64,000 nucleotides of DNA from assembly GCA_963765495.1 (NCBI GenBank), contig CAVXWP010000001.1:1184001-1248000 (forward strand), in the 5' to 3' direction. The notes under the pieces were generated by a model, which saw only the letters and a list, made by a program, of their open reading frames with translations, made no database searches and was not told where the DNA came from. Positions 48,387-58,677 of this stretch are shown here, piece after piece; within the stretch, counting starts at the first letter, position 1; each line of letters begins with the position of its first letter. This DNA comes from Blastocatellia bacterium. GTDB lineage: Bacteria; Acidobacteriota; Blastocatellia; UBA7656. A program made the position numbers and the translations under genes.

Positions 48387-48740
48387 ATGCTGCGTCTGGC
48401 GACCGATGAGGACTTTAACAATCGAATCTTGAGAGGCTTGTTGCGGCGTATGCCGGAACTTGACATAGTGCGCGTTCAGGATGCCGGATTGCGGGGCAAC
48501 GAAGACCGGGATGTGTTGGAATGGGCAGCAGGTGAAGATCGTGTGCTTTTGACTCACGATGTTTCGACAATGTCGGCATTTGCTTACGAGAGGATTAAGC
48601 AGGGACTGGCGATGCCCGGCATATTTGAGATAAGCCAGGATATGCCGATTGGTCAGGCTATAGACGAGATTATTTTGATAGCGGCGGTTAGCTTAGAGGG
48701 AGAATATGAGGGCCAAGTGCGATACTTGCCGCTAGGGTAA
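48387..48740 (+). CDS. DUF5615 PIN-like toxin
   Basis: 'LATDEDF', 'D..VLEWA...RVLLTHD'; directly follows the DUF433 gene. Confidence 0.85.
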   Translation: MLRLATDEDFNNRILRGLLRRMPELDIVRVQDAGLRGNEDRDVLEWAAGEDRVLLTHDVSTMSAFAYERIKQGLAMPGIFEISQDMPIGQAIDEIILIAAVSLEGEYEGQVRYLPLG

Positions 48741-48821
48741 CAGCCGCGAATATTTACGAATCGAGAGGCGAGTTGATAAGAATGTCTACTTTGGCTCAAC
48801 CCTGTAGATTTTGTGCTGACT

Positions 48822-49034
48822 ATGACGGTTAAAGTAATAAGCGATCAGGAAGTAATCAACGAAGCGGCGGAGATTCTGTTAAAGCATATGGAGCCGGAAA
48901 AGGTAGCTCGATTCTGGACTGTCTGGCAGCCTGGAAGCGGGAGCTATTTGGCAATCAAAGAGGAGTTGTTCGCGGGCGAAACTGTGGAGTCTCTCTTTGA
49001 GAAAGTGCGGGCCTACCAGGAAGATAAATCTTAG
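48822..49034 (+). CDS. small hypothetical protein (possible orphan antitoxin)
   Basis: About 70-aa helical ORF 'MTVKVISDQEV...KVARFW...GSGSY'. Confidence 0.55.
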   Translation: MTVKVISDQEVINEAAEILLKHMEPEKVARFWTVWQPGSGSYLAIKEELFAGETVESLFEKVRAYQEDKS

Positions 49035-49107
49035 CTTTCTTTCCTTAATGGGTGACGAGCGCATTTCTTTGCCATCGAGACTCGATCAATAGGCTTAGTA
49101 AAACCTA

Positions 49108-50406
49108 ATGCCGGAAAAAGTCATTCAGGTCGAAAACCTGAGCAAGCGATACATCATAGGCCATCAGCAGGAGGGGGGCTATCGAACCCTCCGCGATGTT
49201 ATGGCCACGAGCGCCCGGCGATTTGGCAACCGCCTGCTTCATCCGTTTAACGGAGCGGCGGCCTCAAACGGCAACGGCAGCCGCGAAGAGTTCTGGGCTT
49301 TGAAGGATATTTCATTCGATGTAAGGCAGGGTGAAGTCATAGGCATAATCGGGCGAAACGGGGCAGGGAAATCGACGCTTCTCAAAATACTGAGCCGGAT
49401 TACAGAGCCTTCATCGGGGCGAGTGCGAATCAGAGGGCGCGTATCGAGTTTGCTTGAGGTCGGGACCGGGTTTCATCCAGAGCTTACGGGGCGCGAGAAT
49501 ATTTTCCTGAACGGCGCGATACTCGGAATGTTGAAGGCAGAGATAACACGAAAATTTGACGAGATAGTAGCCTTTGCCGAAGTGGAAAAATTTCTTGATA
49601 CGCCCGTGAAAAGGTATTCATCAGGGATGTACGTGCGGCTTGCGTTTGCCGTAGCCGCGCACCTTGAGCCCGAGATATTGATCGTTGACGAAGTGCTCGC
49701 CGTCGGTGACGCGCAGTTCCAAAAGAAGTGTCTTGGGAAGATGGGTGATGTGGCGAAGGAGGGACGAACTGTATTGTTTGTTAGCCACCAGTTGGGAATG
49801 ATCGCGCAGATGTGTAGCCAAGCTCTTGTCTTGAAATATGGTCAGCTAATTAATCAAGGTAGCGCAAAAGAGATGATAGCGTCTTACCTAGATAATTCAG
49901 TACAGAGAGAAGAAATCGGGGTTAGAACCAAAAGCCCAATAAATGAAGAAGTTTATTTTACAGAGATACAAACAATAAATATAACTAATACTTTAACTTC
50001 CGAGTTCGGGCATACAGAGTCCGTAACATTAAGGATGAAGTTTTCTGCCAGGAAATATTTTGAAGAAGTTATTCTCGGAGTGTTTGTGAGAGACTTTCAA
50101 GGTAGAAAGATATTTACTAATGATATGGAGGTTGAGTTGCCAAAACTTTTCAGTAGGCCAGTAGACTACGTAGCACATATGAGAGTTCCTCCAAGCCTCT
50201 TAGCTCCAGGCCATTATACTTTCTCTGTAGCGCTTCATGTTCCAAAGGTCAGATTTTTGGATAAGATAGAGGATGCTTGCAAGTTTACTATTGTTGATGT
50301 TGGATCTGAGTTTGCGAAATACGGGAACATAGATTTTGGCTGCATTTTTGCTGATTGTATCTGGAATATTCAACCCGTAGAGTTAGGCGTGAATGCGGAG
50401 GGCTGA
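49108..50406 (+). CDS. ABC polysaccharide exporter ATPase with C-terminal carbohydrate-binding domain (Wzt)
   Basis: 'GRNGAGKSTL', 'YSSGMYVRLAF', 'VDEVLAVGD', 'VSH', C-terminal 'LAPGHY' Wzt_C-like region. Confidence 0.93.
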   Translation: MPEKVIQVENLSKRYIIGHQQEGGYRTLRDVMATSARRFGNRLLHPFNGAAASNGNGSREEFWALKDISFDVRQGEVIGIIGRNGAGKSTLLKILSRITEPSSGRVRIRGRVSSLLEVGTGFHPELTGRENIFLNGAILGMLKAEITRKFDEIVAFAEVEKFLDTPVKRYSSGMYVRLAFAVAAHLEPEILIVDEVLAVGDAQFQKKCLGKMGDVAKEGRTVLFVSHQLGMIAQMCSQALVLKYGQLINQGSAKEMIASYLDNSVQREEIGVRTKSPINEEVYFTEIQTINITNTLTSEFGHTESVTLRMKFSARKYFEEVILGVFVRDFQGRKIFTNDMEVELPKLFSRPVDYVAHMRVPPSLLAPGHYTFSVALHVPKVRFLDKIEDACKFTIVDVGSEFAKYGNIDFGCIFADCIWNIQPVELGVNAEG

Positions 50407-50603
50407 CAGTTTAACCCGTCCATTTATCTGTATGTCTATCAAGCATTTTTTTATGTAGATGCATAATACAATGGAACCTAAGTTTATTGATTTTTTTGCC
50501 CAATAAAAAACGGGCTAAACACCAGCATTTAGTTTGACTTGGCAATGGTACAAAAACCTCAAGTATTTTAGGTTCCAGTGTAATAATCATAAAGATAAAA
50601 AAT

Positions 50604-51701
50604 ATGCGAATACTATATGACGGCTTGATCTATGAATATCAGGTTGCTGGAGGTATAAACCGATACTTTTCGAGCATAATCAGAAGATTGCCGGAAGGAT
50701 TTGTTCCTCTTCTATTAACGTCTTTCTCTCGGGATGTTAATTATCCGTTTCATCCGAATTTAAAGGTCTTTGGTTTGAATCGTTTCAGTTTTCGCCCGGG
50801 TCGTATTTCGTCCAGATTGAACGCCTACTATCGCAAACACCTTGCCTCTATCAAACGTCCGGATGTTGCTCACCCCACTTATTATTCACTGCTCACCAGG
50901 CAGGGATTTGATAGTTACCGCTGCCCCGTCGTGATCACCGTATGGGATATGATTCACGAACTATTCGCTGAACAGATGGACCCTACGGGCCAACAGGCGT
51001 GGGAGAAGCGGCAGGCTATTATGGCGGCTCAGGCAATAATCTGCATATCTGAAAATACAAAACGCGATTTACTTGAGCATTACAACATTCCTGAATCCAA
51101 GATCAGGGTTGTTCATCTGGCTTCAGATATCCACATAGGTCTTGCAAATGGTACCGAACCGGTTTCGACACATCCTTATTATCTATATGTAGGCAGCCGC
51201 GCCAGCTACAAAAATTTCGAAGGACTACTTGCAGCTTTAGCAAAGGTAGTTTCGATTCGGCCCGAAATACATCTCACCGTAGTTGGCGCGCCCTTTGATG
51301 AAAGGGAAAAAAAACAGTTGGTTGAGTTTGGACTCTCTGATCGCGTTGCGAACCTTGGTAATGTAAGCGATGCCCATCTCGCCAAACTCTATAATTGTAG
51401 TATCGCTTTAGTCTATCCATCCCTCTATGAAGGATTCGGAATTCCTCCGCTGGAAGCCATGTGCTGCGGAACCGCTGTTGTTGCCTCCAATACTTCAAGT
51501 ATTCCTGAAGTTGTAGGCGATGCGAGTCTGTTTTTTGATCCAACAGTAATTGATGAATTGGCAGATATCTTACAGTTTCTCTTTGACAATCCTTCGGACC
51601 GTGACCATCTGATTACAAAGGGGTATGAAAGGTCTAAACTCTTTAGTTGGGACAAAACGGTGGCTCAAACAATAGATGTGTATCGTTCCGTATGTGATTG
51701 A
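50604..51701 (+). CDS. GT4 family glycosyltransferase
   Basis: 'GGINRY', 'ISENTK', 'YPSLYEGFGIPPLEAM'. Confidence 0.92.
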   Translation: MRILYDGLIYEYQVAGGINRYFSSIIRRLPEGFVPLLLTSFSRDVNYPFHPNLKVFGLNRFSFRPGRISSRLNAYYRKHLASIKRPDVAHPTYYSLLTRQGFDSYRCPVVITVWDMIHELFAEQMDPTGQQAWEKRQAIMAAQAIICISENTKRDLLEHYNIPESKIRVVHLASDIHIGLANGTEPVSTHPYYLYVGSRASYKNFEGLLAALAKVVSIRPEIHLTVVGAPFDEREKKQLVEFGLSDRVANLGNVSDAHLAKLYNCSIALVYPSLYEGFGIPPLEAMCCGTAVVASNTSSIPEVVGDASLFFDPTVIDELADILQFLFDNPSDRDHLITKGYERSKLFSWDKTVAQTIDVYRSVCD

Positions 51702-51751
51702 GGAAAGTTAAAATCATATCGGGCTGCATTATTCTTAGATCATCAGGCAAT

Positions 51752-52834
51752 ATGGATATACCAACTTATCAAAACAAAACTGGGTGGCCCTGGGTGGATT
51801 CAGATGAACCAGCGCCATCATTGCCAGAAGGTGAATCCTGGCCCAAGATCAGTATAGTTACTCCCTCATATAATCAGGGTCAGTATATTGAAGAGACTAT
51901 TCGATCCGTCTTGCTTCAAAATTACCCCAACTTGGAATACATAATCATTGATGGTGGGAGTACGGATAATTCAGTCGAGATCATAAAGAAGTACGAGCCG
52001 TGGATAAGTTATTGGGTGAGCGAGCCAGATCAGGGACAGTCCCATGCAATCAATAAAGGTTTCGAGAAGGCAACCGGAGAAATCTTTGCATACCTCAACA
52101 GTGATGATTTATATGTTCCTGGTTGCTTACAGTGCGTAGCCAGGGATTTTTCTCAAGACATTGAACCTTCCTGGCATGCTTATCCGGTTCAGGATTTTTC
52201 AGCAAGCGGTCTTGCTACATTTTATTATGCTCCTGTCTTAAGTAATAACCTGATACCTATAAAGCAAGATGATCAGGCGCTAAGAATGATTATTGGTGAC
52301 AGATCGGTTGATTGGAATTTATTGTTTTCCTGGGTTCTGGGGAAGGTTCAACTACATCAGCCGGGAGTATTCTGGCCAGCCAAATTCCACAAAGAGGTTG
52401 GTGGCTTCGACCTGAGATATCACTATGGATTTGATCGGAAATTTTTTATGGAGTTGATTGCGCGTAAATATCCACTAAAGGTATCTCACGGTGGGGCATT
52501 GGCTTACTTTCGATTGCATGACAATTCCAAGACGATAAGTTCAGGTAAAGAAACAATGAAGAACCGTTTCTTCTTAGAGGCACAGTCTATCTCAAAAGAT
52601 TTCGAGCCCAGATTAAAACGTAAAGAGCGGCTTGTTGTTCAATCGGCAAGGGCTGAAATAATAATTTCTGACGCTTGGACATCTTATCGGCAAGGACAGT
52701 TGAGCTCGAAATCCTTTCTTAAACGTCTTATATTGCTTTCCAAAGAATTGCCGGGAGGGCTATTCAGTCGTTTTTATTGGGGATCACTTCGGAAAATGCT
52801 GGTTCAAAGTCTGACCAGGCATACGGTTCGTTAG
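51752..52834 (+). CDS. GT2 family glycosyltransferase
   Basis: 'KTGWPW', 'ISIVTPSYNQ', 'IDGGSTD', 'LNSDD'; start ATG 51752 inferred. Confidence 0.88.
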   Translation: MDIPTYQNKTGWPWVDSDEPAPSLPEGESWPKISIVTPSYNQGQYIEETIRSVLLQNYPNLEYIIIDGGSTDNSVEIIKKYEPWISYWVSEPDQGQSHAINKGFEKATGEIFAYLNSDDLYVPGCLQCVARDFSQDIEPSWHAYPVQDFSASGLATFYYAPVLSNNLIPIKQDDQALRMIIGDRSVDWNLLFSWVLGKVQLHQPGVFWPAKFHKEVGGFDLRYHYGFDRKFFMELIARKYPLKVSHGGALAYFRLHDNSKTISSGKETMKNRFFLEAQSISKDFEPRLKRKERLVVQSARAEIIISDAWTSYRQGQLSSKSFLKRLILLSKELPGGLFSRFYWGSLRKMLVQSLTRHTVR

Positions 52835-53233
52835 ATTCAAATCGGTACAATAGGTGAAGGAAAAGAAACAACCCTTATTATTATGGCAAATGACCAATAG
52901 AGGATTTGGCTCAGAAATTAACGTGATGCTTTGGGCCCTCTCTATTCGTTAGAAAAAACATGGAATATGCTTTATCAATGGTTCGGACATTTTTTGAGGT
53001 ACAAGCCTCGTAAGTTATTGAATCTGTTTAGCGGGCAGAAATTAAACCAAAGTCAAAGCCGCAGCTAACTTCGATTTAATTCTGCGGACAAGTTCTAAAT
53101 GCTTGATTAGATTAGCTTTTAACAGTTAAACAACACAGTAAAAATGTCCGAACCATTGACAGGGGTACGTAGAACGTTTTCGCTGTGAGCATAATGTCTT
53201 TTATACGTGTAGAAATGATAAAGGAAGTTTTAG

Positions 53234-54133
53234 ATGGTGAGTAACGGTCATCGCGGACACAAGAACAGGCTTTTTGTAGGAATAACGTCCTGGAACAGCG
53301 TAACCTTCCTGGGTCATTGCATCGATGCGGTAAAACAGACGACCAGTGCCGACTCCACTCGCATTGTGGTGCTCGATAATGAATCAACGGACGGCTCTTT
53401 TGAGATGGCTCGATCTCGCGGCGTTGAAGTGATAAGCCGAAGATGCAATCAACCTCAGGCATTGGTTCGCCTCTTTAATCTTTCCCGCAGCGAATTCACC
53501 CTGCTTATTCATTCGGACATCATTATCTTAAACAGAGATTGGCTGGACATTTGCGCTCAACACTTAACGGAAAACGTTGCGATGATTTCCCCGGAAGATA
53601 TTGGCTGCGGACCGTATACGAGGCCCTGGGGGAAGGGCATGCCGGAAAGCTCTTTTATGCTGTTTAGAACTGCGTCGGCGCGTGCCACTAGACAATGGTA
53701 TTCTGTACAGCGATTCAAAATCCGCTGGCCCTATCGGGCTTTGGACTTCTTCGGAGAACACATCACATACAATTTACCTGACAGGCTAAACGAGCACCGT
53801 CTTGAATGGCGCATGATGGCCGTGCATACTTCGACCCTCGAAGCCTCTCCGATATACACTCCCTCGTTCAAACCTAAATACTGGGAAAGCGAATGGGGCT
53901 ACTATCGTTACGGTCTGGGCAACTTTTATAGTCTGGATGGACAGATAACCCATTACCATAACTGGTTTGATCGCATCTCCTCAGAAGGTGTAGACATTGA
54001 TACACAATCGCAGGCCACTTTCCCGAAAGATGGGGGACTGCCGCTGGCCTATGTGAAGGTCTATACGGATAATTTTATCTCTGATCTGAAATCCGGTCAG
54101 ATCGTTATGCCCGACCCTGTCGGGGTTTGTTAG
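53234..54133 (+). CDS. GT2-like glycosyltransferase
   Basis: 'ITSWNS', 'VLDNESTDGS', 'IHSD'. Confidence 0.75.
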   Translation: MVSNGHRGHKNRLFVGITSWNSVTFLGHCIDAVKQTTSADSTRIVVLDNESTDGSFEMARSRGVEVISRRCNQPQALVRLFNLSRSEFTLLIHSDIIILNRDWLDICAQHLTENVAMISPEDIGCGPYTRPWGKGMPESSFMLFRTASARATRQWYSVQRFKIRWPYRALDFFGEHITYNLPDRLNEHRLEWRMMAVHTSTLEASPIYTPSFKPKYWESEWGYYRYGLGNFYSLDGQITHYHNWFDRISSEGVDIDTQSQATFPKDGGLPLAYVKVYTDNFISDLKSGQIVMPDPVGVC

Positions 54134-54166
54134 ATTTCATCTCGTCCTTCTTGAGTAATCCCGGCA

Positions 54167-55531
54167 ATGGCTACATCGAAAAAGCTTTTCATTTGCTCGC
54201 CCTCGGCTTCATTGCACGGAGGGGTTGAGACTATTCTCTCCGACTTGTGCAAAGACCTTCCAGGTTATGGATGGGAGGTTGTGCTGGCTCTTGGCAAAGG
54301 GGCGCGCTTTAATAATGTAGAGAGATACCGCCATGCCTATCCCGATCTGCCCATCATCGAAGTTGACGGGACCGGCGGAACTCGCCCGGCACGGGTAAAT
54401 GCTTTGCTTCGGACAGTAAAGAAGGTCCGGCCCAATGTAGTGCTTTCGGCGCGAATCTTTGATGCGTATGAAGCTATTGGGCTACTCAAACAAATAGATC
54501 GAAATCTGAGACTTGCGACGACTGTGCGCGGCTACGAACCGCAATACCTGTACGATGTCCGACTTTACAAAGGGAACATAGATCTTTGTGTCGTGGATGG
54601 CGAGTTGTTACTTGGGGCTTGTACAAAGTGGGCAGGACTGGATCATGGCCGTGCCGTTAGTATTCCTGGAGGCGTAAAACTTCCTGATGTCGATGTGTTA
54701 CCGCGCACAAAAGCGGAGATTTTGCGAATTGGGTATGTTGGAAGGTTAGCCCAAAGTGATAAGCGAATTCTTGACCTCTTGCCTTTGGTAAAGGCTCTGG
54801 AGAATTTGGGTGTGGGCTTTCATCTTAAGATTGTAGGCAACGGACCCGAAGAAGCCGTGTTGCTTGACGAGTTAGGCGCTTTAGTCTCCGCCGGCAAAAT
54901 ATCGTTTTGCGGTTGGAAACAAAAGAGCGAGTTATATCGGCAAATCTATCCGAATCTTGATTGCATAGTAAATTTTTCGCCTGCCGAGGGAGTAACTATC
55001 TCTGGGCGAGAGGCGATGGCGCACGGAGTAGTTCCGGTGATCTCGCAATTTGTGGGTTTAAAAGCCGAGAAGCAATATATAAATGAGTTCAATGCCCTGA
55101 CTTTCCCAGTTGGAGATATCCGGCAGGCAGCCAGAAATATTGCCCGGCTGGTAAAAGAACCGGGCCTGCTGAACTATCTTTCGATAAACGCCAGCAATTC
55201 TCAAACCGGCAAATATGTTTATGAAGGCGCGATACATGCCTGGGCTGATGCCCTGGAACGTTGCCTGGAGCGACCGCCACAATGCGCGCCTGTGCCTGAA
55301 CTAAATCTATCGGCGGACGGACGTTTGACTCGTCTGGGTCTGTCGCCGAAGGTTGCCCAGTTCATCAGGGATATGTTTGGAAGACGTAGTGTGCATAATG
55401 ATCCAGGCAGTGAATGGCCTCAATCAAGCGGTCTGTTATCAAAGGATACCTTTTCTGAGATTATGAATTTCGCTTCTGATCTTGAGGGAAAGTATTCAGT
55501 ATCAGAAGAAAAGGCGATCATTAAAGGGTAG
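54167..55531 (+). CDS. GT4 family glycosyltransferase
   Basis: 'GGVE', 'GYVGRL...KR', 'EGVTISGREAMAHG'. Confidence 0.85.
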   Translation: MATSKKLFICSPSASLHGGVETILSDLCKDLPGYGWEVVLALGKGARFNNVERYRHAYPDLPIIEVDGTGGTRPARVNALLRTVKKVRPNVVLSARIFDAYEAIGLLKQIDRNLRLATTVRGYEPQYLYDVRLYKGNIDLCVVDGELLLGACTKWAGLDHGRAVSIPGGVKLPDVDVLPRTKAEILRIGYVGRLAQSDKRILDLLPLVKALENLGVGFHLKIVGNGPEEAVLLDELGALVSAGKISFCGWKQKSELYRQIYPNLDCIVNFSPAEGVTISGREAMAHGVVPVISQFVGLKAEKQYINEFNALTFPVGDIRQAARNIARLVKEPGLLNYLSINASNSQTGKYVYEGAIHAWADALERCLERPPQCAPVPELNLSADGRLTRLGLSPKVAQFIRDMFGRRSVHNDPGSEWPQSSGLLSKDTFSEIMNFASDLEGKYSVSEEKAIIKG

Positions 55532-55561
55532 AGACAAATATCCTCATCTTGAAATCAAGTC

Positions 55562-56650
55562 ATGGCGTACTCGCTAAAGCACAAGATCGGCGCAATCATT
55601 TATGAAGGACCGAAGTTCTTATTTGGAATGATGCGGCATCGGCCTCGCGGTTTTGTAGCTTCTCCCTGGAAATTCATTTGCAATCGAAATGAAATCCTGA
55701 TTCCCGACCATCGCGGCCTGGGTGTTAAGTGTGGATGGCGGTGGACTTCGGATCTGCACATTCCAAGAGTTTTCCCTGCTCTCGGCTTGAGACTGATGAA
55801 AAGGGCATTTAGTGATTGGCCGGTCGGTTCAGTATCCGAACCGCTGCAAGCGGATGAGCGGGTTGACGTCACTTTCATTATCGGCCATCGTGGGACGGCA
55901 CGGCTGCCGCATCTGCTTGCAACGCTTCGGTCCATAGCTGCGCAACGCGGCGCATCAATCGAATGTCTTGTTGTCGAACAGGCCGTTGACCCGGAGATTA
56001 AATCGTTTTTGCCTGATTGGGTGCGCTATATACATGCCCGTTTGCCACAGCCCGATATGCCCTATTGTCGCTCAAGCGCATTCAATGCGGGGGCGAGCCT
56101 GGCTAGAGGACACATGCTCGTCTTGCACGATAACGATTTGATAGTGCCGGAGAGTTATGCTGCCGAGATTTTGAAGAGGGCAAGCGAGGGATACGAGGTC
56201 ATCAACCTCAAGCGGTTTATCTTCTATCTGTCTGAGATGCATTCCCAAAGGGTCTTTTCTGCAATACATGTTCCTTTTGATGAAGCGCCGGAGGCTGTAA
56301 CACAAAACGCTCAAGGCGGAGGCAGTTTAGCTATTACCCGAGAAGCCTATTTCGCTATCGGCGGTTTTGACGAAGCATTTGTCGGCTGGGGAGGGGAAGA
56401 TAACGAGTTCTGGGAGAGAGCGCAGACTCGAAAAGTTTGGCCGTTCGGTTATCTCCCACTGATTCATCTCTGGCACCCGGCCCAGCCCGGTAAACTCAAT
56501 CAATCGCGCCAGACAACCAAATTATTTGAAATGCGCTCTGCAATCCCTGTTGAAGAACGTATAAAAGAACTGATAACTCGAAACCTTTCTCGCTCCGAGC
56601 ATCTCACGCCGGCTTCCGGCTCAATCGCCAATCGGGCCAATTCTAAATGA
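55562..56650 (+). CDS. GT2/GT7-C galactosyltransferase-like protein
   Basis: 'FNAGA', 'HDND', 'GGFDEAFVGWGGED', 'HLWH'. Confidence 0.82.
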   Translation: MAYSLKHKIGAIIYEGPKFLFGMMRHRPRGFVASPWKFICNRNEILIPDHRGLGVKCGWRWTSDLHIPRVFPALGLRLMKRAFSDWPVGSVSEPLQADERVDVTFIIGHRGTARLPHLLATLRSIAAQRGASIECLVVEQAVDPEIKSFLPDWVRYIHARLPQPDMPYCRSSAFNAGASLARGHMLVLHDNDLIVPESYAAEILKRASEGYEVINLKRFIFYLSEMHSQRVFSAIHVPFDEAPEAVTQNAQGGGSLAITREAYFAIGGFDEAFVGWGGEDNEFWERAQTRKVWPFGYLPLIHLWHPAQPGKLNQSRQTTKLFEMRSAIPVEERIKELITRNLSRSEHLTPASGSIANRANSK

Positions 56651-58677
56651 GATCGAAAGCCAGGGTAATATTCAACAAAGAGGTATTAAGACTCGCGGCC
56701 ATATCGGCGGCAATTACGATGGCGATTGCCTTGCTTGTCTGCCTTTATCCCATACGATGGGATAAGAAAGCGCTTGGCCCGGTCCTGCCTCAATTCAATT
56801 CGTCGGAGATGGCTCATAGTCCTCAAATCCTTTTTGTGAGCAAAGATAACGATTGGGAGAACGGCCATTATGCGCAATACGGATTCGATATGATCGCCTT
56901 CCCGCACGGGAAAGTTGATTGGATGGTGTTTAAGGAAGGCTGGCGGGAAAGCCCCTGGCAAGCGCGATGGATGATTGATGAGGAGGGAAATATTTATAGC
57001 CCTGGGGGTGATAATTCCTGGTATATGGTGGAAAACGCGTCGGAAGGCTCGATCTCTTTTCCGGGGTCGGCAAGCGTTATAGTTTCTGACCCTGATACCA
57101 GAGCAAAACTTCTGAAGCGCTGGCCGTCGTTGAGCGAAGACAAGGTTCTATTGATGAGCAATGAGCCTGTCTCTTTCTGGGAGTCTCCTCGAATTCGCAT
57201 TGGCCTTTCCCAATTTATACGAATCTTTGTTCTCGTATTCCTCCTGGTCGTGATGTTTGCTTTTTTGAGCGCTGTTACCGGCGAAAATGGAAGAGGTTGG
57301 GTGTGGCTCAACCTTGGACTCGCTGTCCCATCTGTTCTCATCCCTCACACAATCGTCGTCTATTTCCTCGGTAAAATCACATCCGAAGCCATTAGCCTGA
57401 GTTTTATATTGGAGTTTGTCATTGCTATCGGTCTGACGGTTTATATTCAAAAAAAGAAAGTTCCGGCTAACAAGCCACCGATAAAAAAAACGTTTCCCGA
57501 TATTTGGCATAGCATGGGGCGCAAAGACATATTGCGCCCGGAATCATTGATTCTGGCGGCTCTCCTTCTATTGTATATCTCCTTTAGTTGCCTGAAGCTC
57601 GACTTCGACGGCGACATGTTTACACAGTATGTGCCAGTGGCGCAGTATCATTATCTTGCAGGGAGCCATGATCCGAAGGCGCTGATGGAGCGATTCGGCA
57701 TAATGACGCAGGCCACATATCCTCCCGGCTTCCCAATACTCATCTCTACCTTGATGTGGGCAGGGGATTTGCCAAAAGAGACGCCGCTCAAATTCGGTTA
57801 TCAGGCAAATCTGGCGATTTTCCTCTATCGCTTTATGATCTCAATACTGCATTTATCTTTTCTCTTGAGCGCGGGAGGGCTCTTTCGGCTATTACAGAAA
57901 GATGAAAACAGTTGGGGATGGCTATTGCCAACGCTGGCGATTCCTTTGATCCTGCCTCTATTTCTTGGGAGGCCCGAGGCCTCAGAGGTATTTCTTGTGC
58001 CTGTTGTCGGCTTTTCGATACTGGCCCTTCTGGCAGGTGATGAATTGAACAATCCGCTTTACACGAATTTAGGATTGTTCTTTGGCGGATATGGAATGTT
58101 CCTCAAAAAGGAAGGATTTCTGATCTTCGTGCTGATTGTGATGCCATGGTATCTGGCCGGACGGCTGAGATCATCGAAGCTTTCTTTGCGAGCAATAGCG
58201 ATTAACTCGACATGCTTGCTTATCGGGATCAGTCCCTTCCTGTTTTGGAAACTCGGCCTAAATAGCCTGCACATCCCAGAATACTTCTTTTATGAGAACC
58301 CCAGTCTGGCAAAATTGGCGGCAAGCGGTCCTTTGCTCAAAGGGGTTATTGAAAAGGCGATAAAGATTCTGCTGGCCAATAATTATTGGGTAGCGCTTTT
58401 CCTCATTTTCCCCCTGGCTGTTTCATACGACTGGCTCTGGTGTCGAAGATGGAAGCAAGCGTGCATACCGCTCGGGGCTATGGCCTATATTTTTTCTATG
58501 ACATTTGTTTACCTGTTCTCGCGACACCCCGAAGGTGCGGCTGTACACATGGATGTCTCATATGAACGTATACTGGCAGTAGGCATATTATCGGTCATCC
58601 TTTATGGTGCCAAAACCATAATTATTCCTGCAAAAGAGCTACAAAGGAATCTCAGGGCAAAAGAATGTGCGGCATAA
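56647..58677 (+). CDS. polytopic membrane protein, possible GT-C fold
   Basis: 676 aa, periplasmic N-domain then more than 10 TM helices; 'DFDGD', 'YPP', 'KKEG' motifs. Confidence 0.65.
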   Translation: MRSKARVIFNKEVLRLAAISAAITMAIALLVCLYPIRWDKKALGPVLPQFNSSEMAHSPQILFVSKDNDWENGHYAQYGFDMIAFPHGKVDWMVFKEGWRESPWQARWMIDEEGNIYSPGGDNSWYMVENASEGSISFPGSASVIVSDPDTRAKLLKRWPSLSEDKVLLMSNEPVSFWESPRIRIGLSQFIRIFVLVFLLVVMFAFLSAVTGENGRGWVWLNLGLAVPSVLIPHTIVVYFLGKITSEAISLSFILEFVIAIGLTVYIQKKKVPANKPPIKKTFPDIWHSMGRKDILRPESLILAALLLLYISFSCLKLDFDGDMFTQYVPVAQYHYLAGSHDPKALMERFGIMTQATYPPGFPILISTLMWAGDLPKETPLKFGYQANLAIFLYRFMISILHLSFLLSAGGLFRLLQKDENSWGWLLPTLAIPLILPLFLGRPEASEVFLVPVVGFSILALLAGDELNNPLYTNLGLFFGGYGMFLKKEGFLIFVLIVMPWYLAGRLRSSKLSLRAIAINSTCLLIGISPFLFWKLGLNSLHIPEYFFYENPSLAKLAASGPLLKGVIEKAIKILLANNYWVALFLIFPLAVSYDWLWCRRWKQACIPLGAMAYIFSMTFVYLFSRHPEGAAVHMDVSYERILAVGILSVILYGAKTIIIPAKELQRNLRAKECAA

